From NCBI GenBank assembly GCA_964651425.1, contig CAZYYL010000002.1, positions 1-28,623 of the forward strand: 28,623 nucleotides of DNA. Direction: 5' to 3'. The notes beneath the pieces are model-generated. The model did no database searches. It was not told where the DNA came from and saw only the letters and a list, made by a program, of their open reading frames with translations. The DNA comes from an uncultured Microbacteriaceae bacterium (lineage in GTDB: Bacteria; Actinomycetota; Actinomycetes; Actinomycetales; Microbacteriaceae). Below are positions 17,343-25,643 of this stretch, one piece after another (positions within the stretch are counted from its first letter, which is position 1; every line of letters begins with the position of its first letter). The position numbers and the translations under genes are program-made.

Positions 17343-18746
17343 AGAGGCCGGTGTCGCCTCGACCGGCGGATGGATCGCGCTCTGGATGTACGCCTGAATC
17401 GTCGGGTAATCCGGATACATCGGGTCCGTCGGTATCGTGTCTGACTCGGGCGTCAACTCGATGTGCGTGATTGGCAGTTCTTTCGTCTTACCTGCGAGCG
17501 TGATGAAGTACGAAAGCATTGAGCGAGGGATGTTTGTGCGCACCATCTGAGTGCCCGCATCCATGATCGCACTGAACTTCGTTACGACGTTGGCCGGGTT
17601 CACTTGCTGCAGCAGTGCTTCTTGAAGTTGCTGTTGGCGCTGCATGCGCGTGTAGTCGGTGTTGCCCCAACGTGAGCGCGCGTACATGATCGCGGTGTAG
17701 CCGTCCATGTGCTGACCGCCGACTTCGATCCACTCGGGCACGTCTTCGATTGCCGTCTCCGGGTCGGCAATCGCGATGCGTTCGGTGACATTGATGTCGA
17801 CTCCCCCGAGAGCGTCGACGAGGTCCACCGCACCCTGCATGTCGATGATGGCCCAGAACGGGATGGTCAGACCCGTGATTCCCTCGGCCGCATCTCGCAC
17901 GGCCTCGATGCCGGGCGAGCTTCCGTTAGCAACCGCATCTGGATATAAATCCGGATGGTTCATCTCAACGTCCGTATAGATCGTGTTCAAGCACGCAAAC
18001 TCGACGCAGTAATCCGCATCGGACTGCGTGTAGCCGTTCGGATAGATCGACCACATCGGTGACCCCGCCGCCCAGGGAGCATCGTGCAGGTCGCGCGGCA
18101 TGCCGATGATGGTCGCTTGTCCCGAATTGGCATTGACACTGATGACCTGAATCGTGTCGGTGCGCAGTCCGTCACGGTCGGGACCGGAGTCACCACCGAG
18201 AACGAGGATGTTGTACTGCCCGTCAATCGGAGGCTCGCTCGGTCCCACCTGCGCCAGGTCGAACAGGCTTCCCCCGCCAGTGAGCGCGGCGAGTCCGGCG
18301 TTGAGCGAACCGGCCGTCGAGGCACCCCACGCCGCCGTGCCCGCGGTCAGCGCGAGCAAGACAACCGAGAAACCGGCGATCCACGCGCGCGGACGTGCAT
18401 CCACTTTCACAAATTTCACGAGGCGCAAGGTGTCGAGCGTGAGCACGACCCACAGCACGCAGTAATAAATGAGCCCGAACTGGATGAGCAACAGAACGAA
18501 GAAGTTCACGGCGAGCGCTGAGAGAAAATCGCGCGAGATCAGACCGATGAGAACGGCGAGCAAAACGACGGCCCACCCGATCAGCGTGGAGCCAAGTCCG
18601 ATTCGGCCCAATCGACGATTACCCGCGAGCACCTGAGCGGAACCCGGAATCACAACGTTGAGGCCCACCAGCCACCACGCGCGCCGACCCATCGATTCGG
18701 GCGCGTTGGTGTCGGGGTAGCGAATCGGGCTGCTAGCGAGACTCAT
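17337..18746 (-). CDS. LCP (LytR-CpsA-Psr) family cell-wall glycopolymer transferase, 469 aa
   Basis: N-terminal TMs, then [24 protein letters not shown] and RMQRQ with the conserved arginines. ATGA overlap with the purE stop. Confidence 0.93.
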   Translation of the reverse strand: MSLASSPIRYPDTNAPESMGRRAWWLVGLNVVIPGSAQVLAGNRRLGRIGLGSTLIGWAVVLLAVLIGLISRDFLSALAVNFFVLLLIQFGLIYYCVLWVVLTLDTLRLVKFVKVDARPRAWIAGFSVVLLALTAGTAAWGASTAGSLNAGLAALTGGGSLFDLAQVGPSEPPIDGQYNILVLGGDSGPDRDGLRTDTIQVISVNANSGQATIIGMPRDLHDAPWAAGSPMWSIYPNGYTQSDADYCVEFACLNTIYTDVEMNHPDLYPDAVANGSSPGIEAVRDAAEGITGLTIPFWAIIDMQGAVDLVDALGGVDINVTERIAIADPETAIEDVPEWIEVGGQHMDGYTAIMYARSRWGNTDYTRMQRQQQLQEALLQQVNPANVVTKFSAIMDAGTQMVRTNIPRSMLSYFITLAGKTKELPITHIELTPESDTIPTDPMYPDYPTIQAYIQSAIHPPVEATPASN

Positions 18747-19243
18747 AGCTGAGACTTCAGTGCCCGGTTCTTGTCATCAACCTGCTGTTCGAGGTTCTTG
18801 GCAAAGGCTTCGAGTCGATCGAGCAATTCGTCGTCGCCGGTCGCGAGCATTTTGATGGCGATGAGCGCCGCGTTTCGTGCGCCGTCGATTGCGACGGCAG
18901 CCACGGGGACACCCGCAGGCATCTGCACGATGGAGAGCAGTGAATCCATGCCGTCAAGATTCTTCAACGAGACGGGCACGCCGATCACAGGAAGCGGAGT
19001 CACACTGGCGAGCATTCCCGGCAAGTGAGCTGCGCCACCGGCGCCAGCGATGATGACCTTGAGGCCGCGTGCGCGTGCGGTCGAACCAAACTCAACGAGC
19101 TTGCGTGGCGTGCGATGAGCCGACACCACCTCGACTTCGTGGGCGATGCCGAATTCGGTGAGGGTATCGGCGGCCGCCTTCATCACGGACCAATCCGAAT
19201 CGGAGCCCATGACGACAGCGACTTTCGGGTCGGTCGAGGTCAT
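18743..19243 (-). CDS. purE: N5-CAIR mutase, 166 aa
   Basis: [43 protein letters not shown]. Confidence 0.97.
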   Translation of the reverse strand: MTSTDPKVAVVMGSDSDWSVMKAAADTLTEFGIAHEVEVVSAHRTPRKLVEFGSTARARGLKVIIAGAGGAAHLPGMLASVTPLPVIGVPVSLKNLDGMDSLLSIVQMPAGVPVAAVAIDGARNAALIAIKMLATGDDELLDRLEAFAKNLEQQVDDKNRALKSQL

Positions 19244-19250
19244 GGTCTCA

Positions 19251-19256
19251 ATGGTA
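19251..19256 (-). promoter_or_regulatory. Putative -10 (TACCAT), leaderless purE
   Basis: TACCAT, 7 nt, then ATG 19243, within the 17-nt purK-purE gap; no SD. Confidence 0.55.
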
Positions 19257-19260
19257 AGAG

Positions 19261-20385
19261 TCAGTCTGTGAAGTTCTCGGCCGCGCCACGCGCCTGCGCG
19301 ACAACCGCGTTCAGGTCATCACCGGCGACGGTGACATGCCCGACCTTGCGACCCGCACGAAACTCCTTGCCATACGAATGAATCTTGGCGTTGGGATGCG
19401 TCGCCATTGCCGCCGCCAAACGAGACGTCATGCCCGCACTCGGCCCGCCGAGGATGTTCACCATCACGGCGAAGTCGGCGGTCATGTCGGTCGCACCGAG
19501 CGGCAAGTCGAGAACGGCGCGCACGTGCTGCTCGAACTGACTCGTCGTCGATCCGTCAATCGTCCAGTGACCGCTGTTGTGCGGGCGCATCGCGAGTTCA
19601 TTGACGAGGATGCGCTCGTCAACCGTCTCGAACAGCTCGACGGCAAGCACCCCGGTGACGTCGAGCCCGCCCGCGATCGTCGTCGCGATGTGTGCCGCCA
19701 TGTCGGAAATCGCGCCGTTCGACAGCGGAGCCGGAGCGATGACCTCGGCACACACGCCATCGCGCTGCACCGTTTCGACGACGGGCCAGAGAGCAACCTC
19801 ACCCGAAGGGCGGCGAGCAATGAGCTGAGCGAGTTCGCGCGTGAACGAAACACGCTCCTCGAGCAGAATGGCTTCGCCATCGGCGAGCGCGTCCAGCCAG
19901 TCGGCCGCCTCGGCACTCGAGCGGATCATGCGCACGCCCTTCCCGTCGTACCCGCCACGGGCCGTCTTGACCACCGCGTGCCCGCCGTACTCGGCAAGGA
20001 ATGAGTCGATGTCGGCCGCGGTCGTTGCGGTCGACCATCCCGGCATCGGAACACCGAGCTCGGCCAGCTTTGTGCGCATCGCTATTTTGTCCTGAGCAAA
20101 CGCGAGAGCGTGCGGGGCCGGGCGCACGACAACTCCGTCGGCAATCAATTCGTCGAGCACAGCCGATGGCACATGCTCATGGTCAAACGTGACAACGTCC
20201 ACCGTGTTCGCGAAAGCGCGCACGGTATCGATGTCGCGGTAATCACCCACTGCGGTGGCGCCGAGACGAGCAGACGCATCCACGCTTTCAGCAAGTACAT
20301 AGATATCAAGACCTAGATTGAGCGCGGCAGGAATCATCATTCGGGCCAACTGCCCTCCGCCAACAACACCAACCGTGTTACCCAT
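19261..20385 (-). CDS. purK: N5-CAIR synthetase (ATP-grasp), 374 aa
   Basis: [48 protein letters not shown] upstream. Confidence 0.96.
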   Translation of the reverse strand: MGNTVGVVGGGQLARMMIPAALNLGLDIYVLAESVDASARLGATAVGDYRDIDTVRAFANTVDVVTFDHEHVPSAVLDELIADGVVVRPAPHALAFAQDKIAMRTKLAELGVPMPGWSTATTAADIDSFLAEYGGHAVVKTARGGYDGKGVRMIRSSAEAADWLDALADGEAILLEERVSFTRELAQLIARRPSGEVALWPVVETVQRDGVCAEVIAPAPLSNGAISDMAAHIATTIAGGLDVTGVLAVELFETVDERILVNELAMRPHNSGHWTIDGSTTSQFEQHVRAVLDLPLGATDMTADFAVMVNILGGPSAGMTSRLAAAMATHPNAKIHSYGKEFRAGRKVGHVTVAGDDLNAVVAQARGAAENFTD

Positions 20386-20454
20386 GAATGTCCCTTATCT
20401 CGTGCGTCGCTATTCTTAAGTCTCGCAACAGAAAAGAAAGTCACCAACTTCGCA

Positions 20455-20982
20455 ATGTCGACGCCCACTTCGGGTCATCCCGCACCACCGTCTTTCCTCG
20501 CCAAAGTCTGGCAGCAACTCTTCGTGTATCTCCTCAAGTTCGGCGTTGTCGGACTCATCGGCTTCGTTGTTGACTTCGGGATCTTCAACATTTTGCTTCT
20601 CGGCGTCGCGGGAGATGGCTGGTGGTCACACCCCGTCGGCGCAAAGCTCGTGAGCACGATTGCGGCGATCATCGTGAACTGGGTCGGCAACCGATACTGG
20701 ACGTTCCGCAACGACCGTCACCGTCACGTCGTGCGCGAGTTCGTCGAATTCGTCGTCGCGTCGCTCGCGGGCATGGGCGTGACGCTCGCATTCGTCTGGT
20801 TCACGCACGATGTGCTCGGATTCCGGTCGTTGCTCGCCGACAACATCTCGGCAAACGTCATCGGCCTCGCGCTGGGCACCGGAGTGCGCTTCGTGCTCTA
20901 TCGCTTCTGGGTTTGGGGATACCGCCCGAAGGAAGTCGGCGAGCCCACGCTGGCGACCCTCGACATCAAGGTCATCAAGTGA
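20455..20982 (+). CDS. GtrA family protein (putative lipid-linked sugar flippase), 175 aa
   Basis: Four TMs with KFGVVG, DFGIFN, NWVGNRYWTF and RFVLYRFWVW. Confidence 0.88.
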   Translation: MSTPTSGHPAPPSFLAKVWQQLFVYLLKFGVVGLIGFVVDFGIFNILLLGVAGDGWWSHPVGAKLVSTIAAIIVNWVGNRYWTFRNDRHRHVVREFVEFVVASLAGMGVTLAFVWFTHDVLGFRSLLADNISANVIGLALGTGVRFVLYRFWVWGYRPKEVGEPTLATLDIKVIK

Positions 20983-21737
20983 CCCGTGCGTTAGTTCTCA
21001 TCCCCACATACAACGAGGCCGAGAACATCGAAACTGCTGTGCGCGCAGTTCGTGCCGCGTTGCCGGCGGGAGACATTCTCGTGCTCGACGACGGAAGCCC
21101 CGACGGCACGGGCAAAATCGCCGACGGCCTCGCCAAGCAAGACCCGCACGTGTCGGTCATGCACCGTACGGAGAAGAATGGTCTCGGAGCTGCATACCTC
21201 GCCGGTTTCGCTGAAGGCCTGGGCCGCGGGTACGACGTGCTCATCGAGTTCGACGCCGACGGTTCGCACCCCGCCGAAGTTCTGCCGCAGCTCGTCGCTG
21301 CCGTCACCGGATTGGCTGCGGAAAAAGAGAACGTCGGTCTCGCCATTGGTTCGCGCTGGATTCCGGGCGGCACCGTGGTCGACTGGCCCACACGTCGCGA
21401 ATTCTTGAGCCGCGGAGGTAACACCTACGCACGCATCATGCTCGGACTCAACGTAAAAGATGCGACCGCCGGCTACCGTGCCTACCGCGCGAACTGCCTG
21501 CGCGCACTCGAGCTCGAGACGGTCAAGACCAAGGGCTACGGCTTCCAAGTCGACATGACTCGGCGCACCGCGGCCGCGGGCTTCGCGATTCGCGAGGTTC
21601 CGATCACATTCCGCGAGCGCGCGTACGGAGAGTCAAAGATGAGTGGCTCCATCATTATCGAAGCGATGTGGATGGTCACCGTCTGGGGATTCGCACGACC
21701 CTGGCGTTACGTCCAGCGCGCGTTCTCTCGTCGCTGA
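20979..21737 (+). CDS. Polyprenol-monophosphomannose synthase (Ppm1/DPM1-like GT2), 252 aa
   Basis: LIPTYNE, LDDGSPDG, FDADGSH, DATAGYR, GYGFQV, FRER.YGESKMS. True start is GTG 20979 (GTGA overlap with the gtrA stop), not 20622. Confidence 0.88.
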   Translation: MTRALVLIPTYNEAENIETAVRAVRAALPAGDILVLDDGSPDGTGKIADGLAKQDPHVSVMHRTEKNGLGAAYLAGFAEGLGRGYDVLIEFDADGSHPAEVLPQLVAAVTGLAAEKENVGLAIGSRWIPGGTVVDWPTRREFLSRGGNTYARIMLGLNVKDATAGYRAYRANCLRALELETVKTKGYGFQVDMTRRTAAAGFAIREVPITFRERAYGESKMSGSIIIEAMWMVTVWGFARPWRYVQRAFSRR

Positions 21738-22258
21738 CGCGCGTTACCCCCGGCCGAGCGGTCGACGAGCTCGGTGACCGCGGCCTGAACGAGTGACGCG
21801 CGCGGAACATCCCGCATCACGACATCCCGTTCTGCGCCCGTGCCGAGATGCACATCGCCGGACCCGAACATCGCCTGAACCAGGTTGGAGCGAATCGTCA
21901 CGTCGTGCACGCGCGTGAACGGGAGTTCCGAACGCACGCGGCGAAAAACGCCACGTTGGATGATCACGCGGCGCGTGGTGATGGTCATGCGTTTGCTGCG
22001 CCACACGGTCAGGGGCAGCAACCACCCGAACACGAAGACCAGGAGTACGAGCGCGGTGGCGGCGCCGCGCATCCATTCGTCGCCTAAGAACCCGAGTGCG
22101 AAGCCGAAACCGGTGGCCACGGCAATCACGGCGACTGACGGAAAGAACATCACTCGACCGTGCGGGCGCAGGCGGGCGATGACGAATTCGGGCGACGTGT
22201 CGGCGCGGGCACCAGTCGGTCGGGTGTCATTCGCACCCGTTGAACCGTCTCGCGCCAT
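21707..22258 (-). CDS. Membrane protein with bacterial PH (bPH_2, YdbS-like) domain, 183 aa
   Basis: Two TMs, then [13 protein letters not shown]...[10 protein letters not shown]...QAMFGSGDV. Confidence 0.82.
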   Translation of the reverse strand: MARDGSTGANDTRPTGARADTSPEFVIARLRPHGRVMFFPSVAVIAVATGFGFALGFLGDEWMRGAATALVLLVFVFGWLLPLTVWRSKRMTITTRRVIIQRGVFRRVRSELPFTRVHDVTIRSNLVQAMFGSGDVHLGTGAERDVVMRDVPRASLVQAAVTELVDRSAGGNARQRRENARWT

Positions 22259-22264
22259 TCGTCA

Positions 22265-22270
22265 AGTATG
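22265..22270 (-). promoter_or_regulatory. Putative -10 (CATACT), leaderless PH-domain gene
   Basis: CATACT, 6 nt, then ATG 22258. Confidence 0.45.
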
Positions 22271-22283
22271 GCGAAACCCGGTG

Positions 22284-23126
22284 TCAGATCACGCGAACGT
22301 GAGTGACGTCACCTACCGAAACCGCCAATGTCTCACCCGCGCGTGCGGTCGGCGTGTCGAGTGTGACAACCAGCGCACCGACGGCGTCGATCGACTCGGC
22401 CTGGCCCATGACTTCGGAGCCGTCGGGCAACTCAACGCGCACGCGACGACCGAGCGTGTCGCACTCACGCTGTATGTCAGCGAGCAGGCCACTCGACTCG
22501 GCGTTGCCCTCGGCAGCCTCGAACACGCGCGTGACGCGACGGAATTCAGTGAGGTAGGCCGCGAGCACCGAATCGATGTCTGTCGATGTCGCTCCGGCGA
22601 GCGCCAAGGACGTCGCCGTGTCGACGAGCAGTTCGTCGCGCGTGAGCGACACGTTGACGCCGGTTCCGACGATGACGGCGGTCTCGCCCGTCGCGTCGGC
22701 CACGAGTTCGCACAAAATGCCACACACTTTGCGCATTCCGTCGGGGGTTTCGATGAGCACGTCGTTCGGCCACTTCAAGCGCGCATCTCGGGCGCGCGGC
22801 AACAGGGTCTCAATCGCGCGAGTCATGGCGAGACCGGCCAGCAACGGGTACCACCCCCACGCGTCGGTCGGCAGAGGTCGCCCGCTCGGCGTGCGTGGAC
22901 GAATGAGAACGGATGCGGCCAGCGAGCCACCCGGGTGATTCACCCATTCGCGACCGAGGCGTCCGCGCCCCGAGCGCTGGTCGTCCGTGGCGACCACGGT
23001 GAAGTCGGGGCTGTCGAGCTCGGTGGTCTCGCGCGCCAATTCGCTGAGGTCCTCGTTCGTCGAACCGGTGTGGGGCATCCATCGCCACAGGCTGGCGAGG
23101 GCGGAAGACTGGGGAAATTCGGGCAC
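22284..23126 (-). CDS. birA: Biotin--[acetyl-CoA carboxylase] ligase without N-terminal HTH (group II), 280 aa
   Basis: [43 protein letters not shown]. Confidence 0.94.
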   Translation of the reverse strand: MPEFPQSSALASLWRWMPHTGSTNEDLSELARETTELDSPDFTVVATDDQRSGRGRLGREWVNHPGGSLAASVLIRPRTPSGRPLPTDAWGWYPLLAGLAMTRAIETLLPRARDARLKWPNDVLIETPDGMRKVCGILCELVADATGETAVIVGTGVNVSLTRDELLVDTATSLALAGATSTDIDSVLAAYLTEFRRVTRVFEAAEGNAESSGLLADIQRECDTLGRRVRVELPDGSEVMGQAESIDAVGALVVTLDTPTARAGETLAVSVGDVTHVRVI

Positions 23127-23132
23127 GAGAAC

Positions 23133-23138
23133 ATTGTG
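23133..23138 (-). promoter_or_regulatory. Putative -10 (CACAAT), leaderless birA
   Basis: CACAAT, 6 nt, then GTG 23126. Confidence 0.5.
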
Positions 23139-23153
23139 CCGGTTAACTGCTTA

Positions 23154-23182
23154 CTGACCCGGAGGGTGAGTGGCGGTAGGGT
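23154..23182 (+). promoter_or_regulatory. Putative promoter (CTGACC-17 nt-TAGGGT), leaderless accD
   Basis: TAGGGT at 23177-23182, 7 nt, then GTG 23190. A -35-like CTGACC sits at 23154-23159. Confidence 0.55.
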
Positions 23183-23189
23183 GAAATCC

Positions 23190-24788
23190 GTGAGTTCTGA
23201 CGCGACATCCATCGACCCGTTCACTACAGCGGGCAAACTGGCTGACCTCAAGCAGCGCTACCACGAGGCCGTTCTGGCGAGTGGTGAAGCAGCCATCGCC
23301 AAGCAGCACGCCAAGGGCAAAGGCACGGCGCGCGAGCGCATCGACGGCCTGCTCGACCCCGGCTCATTCGTCGAACTCGACGAGTTCGTGCGCCACCGCA
23401 CCACGGCCTTCGGCATGGACAAGTCCCGCCCCTACGGCGACTCGGTCGTCACTGGTGTCGGCACAATTCACGGACGTCAGGTCGCCGTCTACTCCCAAGA
23501 CTTCACCATTTTCGGTGGCTCGCTCGGTGAGGTTGCCGGCGAGAAGATCATCAAGATCATGGACCACGCGCTCAAGACCGGCGTGCCCATCATTGGCATG
23601 CTCGACTCGGGTGGTGCGCGCATCCAGGAGGGTGTCGTCGCGCTCGGAAAGTACGGTGAGATCTTCCGCCGCAACACGGCCGCCTCGGGTGTCATCCCGC
23701 AGATTTCGATCATCATGGGCCCGGCCGCCGGTGGTGCTGTGTACTCCCCCGCGCTCACCGACTTCGTGATCATGGTCGACAAGACGTCGCACATGTTCGT
23801 GACTGGCCCCGACGTGATCAAGACCGTCACAGGTGAAGAGGTCGGGTTTGAAGAGCTCGGTGGTGCGTTGACGCACAACACGATTTCCGGTGTGGCGCAC
23901 TACCTTGCATCGGACGAAGACGATGCGCTCGACTACGCGCGCACGTTGGTCTCGTACCTGCCCGACAACAACATGGCAGAGCATCCGGTCTACGAAGCGG
24001 ATGCGGAACTCGAGATCACCGACGCCGACAAGAAACTCAACACGCTGATTCCGGATTCGCCGAACCAGCCATACGACATGCACGAAGTCATTCGCCACGT
24101 TGTCGACCACGAGGACTTCCTCGAGGTGCAGCCGCTCTTCGCGCCGAACATTTTGATTGGTTTCGCTCGCGTCGAGGGTCGTACGGTCGGCATCATCGCA
24201 AACCAGCCGAGCCAGATGGCCGGAACCCTGAACATCGAGGCCGGTGAAAAGGCGAGTCGTTTCGTTCGTTTCTGTGACGCGTTCTCGATTCCGATTCTCA
24301 CGCTCGTCGACGTACCGGGTTACCTGCCCGGCACCGACCAAGAGTGGACCGGTGTGATTCGTCGTGGAGCAAAGTTGCTCTACGCCTACGCCGAAGCGAC
24401 CGTTCCCCTCGTGACCGTCATCACGCGCAAGGCCTACGGTGGCGCCTACATCGTTATGGGTTCGAAGCAGCTCGGTGCCGACCTCAACTTTGCGTGGCCG
24501 ACTGCGGAAATTGCCGTCATGGGTGGTCAGGGTGCGGTGAACATTTTGTTCCGCGACAAGATCAAAGCCGCCGAAGAAGCCGGCGAAGACGTTGCTGCCG
24601 TGCGCACGAAGCTGGCCAACGAATACACGTACAACGTGGCCAGCCCCTTCCTCGCCGCCGAGCGAGGTGAACTCGACGGTGTCATCGAGCCTGCGTCGAC
24701 CCGCGTTGCTGTGTTGAAGGCGTTCCGTGCCCTGCGCGGAAAGCGGTCGAGCTTGCCGCCGAAGAAGCACGGGAACATCCCGCTCTAA
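23190..24788 (+). CDS. accD: Acyl-CoA (propionyl/acetyl-CoA) carboxylase carboxyltransferase beta subunit, AccD5/PccB type, 532 aa
   Basis: [63 protein letters not shown]. Start moved from 21885 to GTG 23190. Confidence 0.95.
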   Translation: MSSDATSIDPFTTAGKLADLKQRYHEAVLASGEAAIAKQHAKGKGTARERIDGLLDPGSFVELDEFVRHRTTAFGMDKSRPYGDSVVTGVGTIHGRQVAVYSQDFTIFGGSLGEVAGEKIIKIMDHALKTGVPIIGMLDSGGARIQEGVVALGKYGEIFRRNTAASGVIPQISIIMGPAAGGAVYSPALTDFVIMVDKTSHMFVTGPDVIKTVTGEEVGFEELGGALTHNTISGVAHYLASDEDDALDYARTLVSYLPDNNMAEHPVYEADAELEITDADKKLNTLIPDSPNQPYDMHEVIRHVVDHEDFLEVQPLFAPNILIGFARVEGRTVGIIANQPSQMAGTLNIEAGEKASRFVRFCDAFSIPILTLVDVPGYLPGTDQEWTGVIRRGAKLLYAYAEATVPLVTVITRKAYGGAYIVMGSKQLGADLNFAWPTAEIAVMGGQGAVNILFRDKIKAAEEAGEDVAAVRTKLANEYTYNVASPFLAAERGELDGVIEPASTRVAVLKAFRALRGKRSSLPPKKHGNIPL

Positions 24789-25030
24789 TGTCGGAAGAAT
24801 TCGACGAGTACGAACTGCACCTGCAAGACAAGGTGCGTTTCGTTACGCGCGGTGTAACCCCCGAAGAGAAGGCCGCCGTCATCGTGGCTCTCGACAAGAT
24901 CGTCGATGAAGAGTCGGCGATGGAACACAGTTCCGCTGCCGGTGGCGAATCGATGTGGGATAAGCGTCGCAAGGGCATCCGTGAGAACCTGTGGCTCACG
25001 CGTGACTTCACCGACGACTTCACGAACTAG
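24788..25030 (+). CDS. Acyl-CoA carboxylase epsilon subunit, 80 aa
   Basis: VRFVTRGVTPEEKAAVIVAL...W..RR pattern. TAATG overlap with the accD stop. Confidence 0.75.
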   Translation: MSEEFDEYELHLQDKVRFVTRGVTPEEKAAVIVALDKIVDEESAMEHSSAAGGESMWDKRRKGIRENLWLTRDFTDDFTN

Positions 25031-25050
25031 CTTTTAGGTTTTCGCTTTCC

Positions 25051-25392
25051 ATGTCTGACCCACTTGGCGTGCACGCCGGCCGCTACAACGCCGAGTACAC
25101 CGAGGCCGAAAACAAGTCGTTCACCGAGCAGTTCGGTGCGATCACCACGGCGATGGCGGCGGCGATGGCTGATGGCGTTGCGTCGTCGGACGACCGCGTG
25201 CAAGACCTCATCCGTCAGCACTACGAGTTCTGCCTGAAGTTCTGGAAGCCGACCCGCGAGGCCTACAAGAGTTTGGCGATGAGTTACATCTTGCCGTCGC
25301 CGTATCGCGAGACGTACGAAGCCGTCGCTCCGGGATTGGGCAAGTATCACTACGACGCGATTGTGGTGTGGGCGGATACGCACCTCACGTAA
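25051..25392 (+). CDS. Stand-alone TipAS-type antibiotic-recognition domain protein (no MerR HTH), 113 aa
   Basis: G.ASSDDRVQ.LI.QHY...FW.PTREAY..L...Y.......YEA.APGL.KY..DAI aligns by eye with TipAS. Host-like codon usage. Confidence 0.75.
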   Translation: MSDPLGVHAGRYNAEYTEAENKSFTEQFGAITTAMAAAMADGVASSDDRVQDLIRQHYEFCLKFWKPTREAYKSLAMSYILPSPYRETYEAVAPGLGKYHYDAIVVWADTHLT

Positions 25393-25404
25393 CCCGCGAA
25401 CACA

Positions 25405-25632
25405 TCTCATCAGTCTGGGGTTTTGCCCTGACACTCCCGGGCTCGTTCGGGTCAGAATGAGGGTCTGTTTGACGTGCGACTCCCCTTGTCGTGCGCCTCA
25501 CACAGCACTGTGGGCCGAGGCACTTTTCGGGTTGTTGCCTCGGCTCACTCTCTAAGCAGGTCAGAGGGTCAGCTGCACAAGTTGGCTCTCTGATCTTTGC
25601 CCGAGGGTCGGGGACCGGACTTCGAGTGCCGG
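25405..25632 (+). ncRNA. Candidate structured non-coding RNA or 3' UTR element of unknown family
   Basis: Stems at 25428-25455, 25473-25495, 25510-25548 (13 bp) and 25558-25596 (16 bp). All nine wobble positions are G-U on the + strand. Largest intergenic gap in the window. Confidence 0.55.
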
Positions 25633-25643
25633 GTATGCGAATG

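Noticed and set aside
20622-20978. 119-aa extension of the Ppm1-like GT2
   Set aside because: It overlaps gtrA in another frame and is Arg-rich nonsense; the GTGA coupling at 20979 gives a canonical start.
21885-23189. 435-codon N-terminal extension of accD in the ORF track (967 aa)
   Set aside because: Mostly the in-register antisense frame of birA, which is stop-poor in high-GC DNA. Homology and a leaderless promoter both start at GTG 23190.
25406-25413. Hammerhead ribozyme core CUGAUGAG on the minus strand
   Set aside because: No stem II or GAAA follows, and the G-U pattern favours the + strand.
25501-25512. CACAG-CA-CTGTG palindrome as a separate operator
   Set aside because: Only 5-bp arms, overlapping stem C, and not near a promoter; could be chance.
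25422-25602. c-di-GMP-I (GGCAAA), yybP-ykoY (AAGGGGAGU) or SAM-IV-like fragments on the minus strand
   Set aside because: Only isolated short words match, the remaining consensus elements are absent, and there is no downstream gene in that orientation to regulate.
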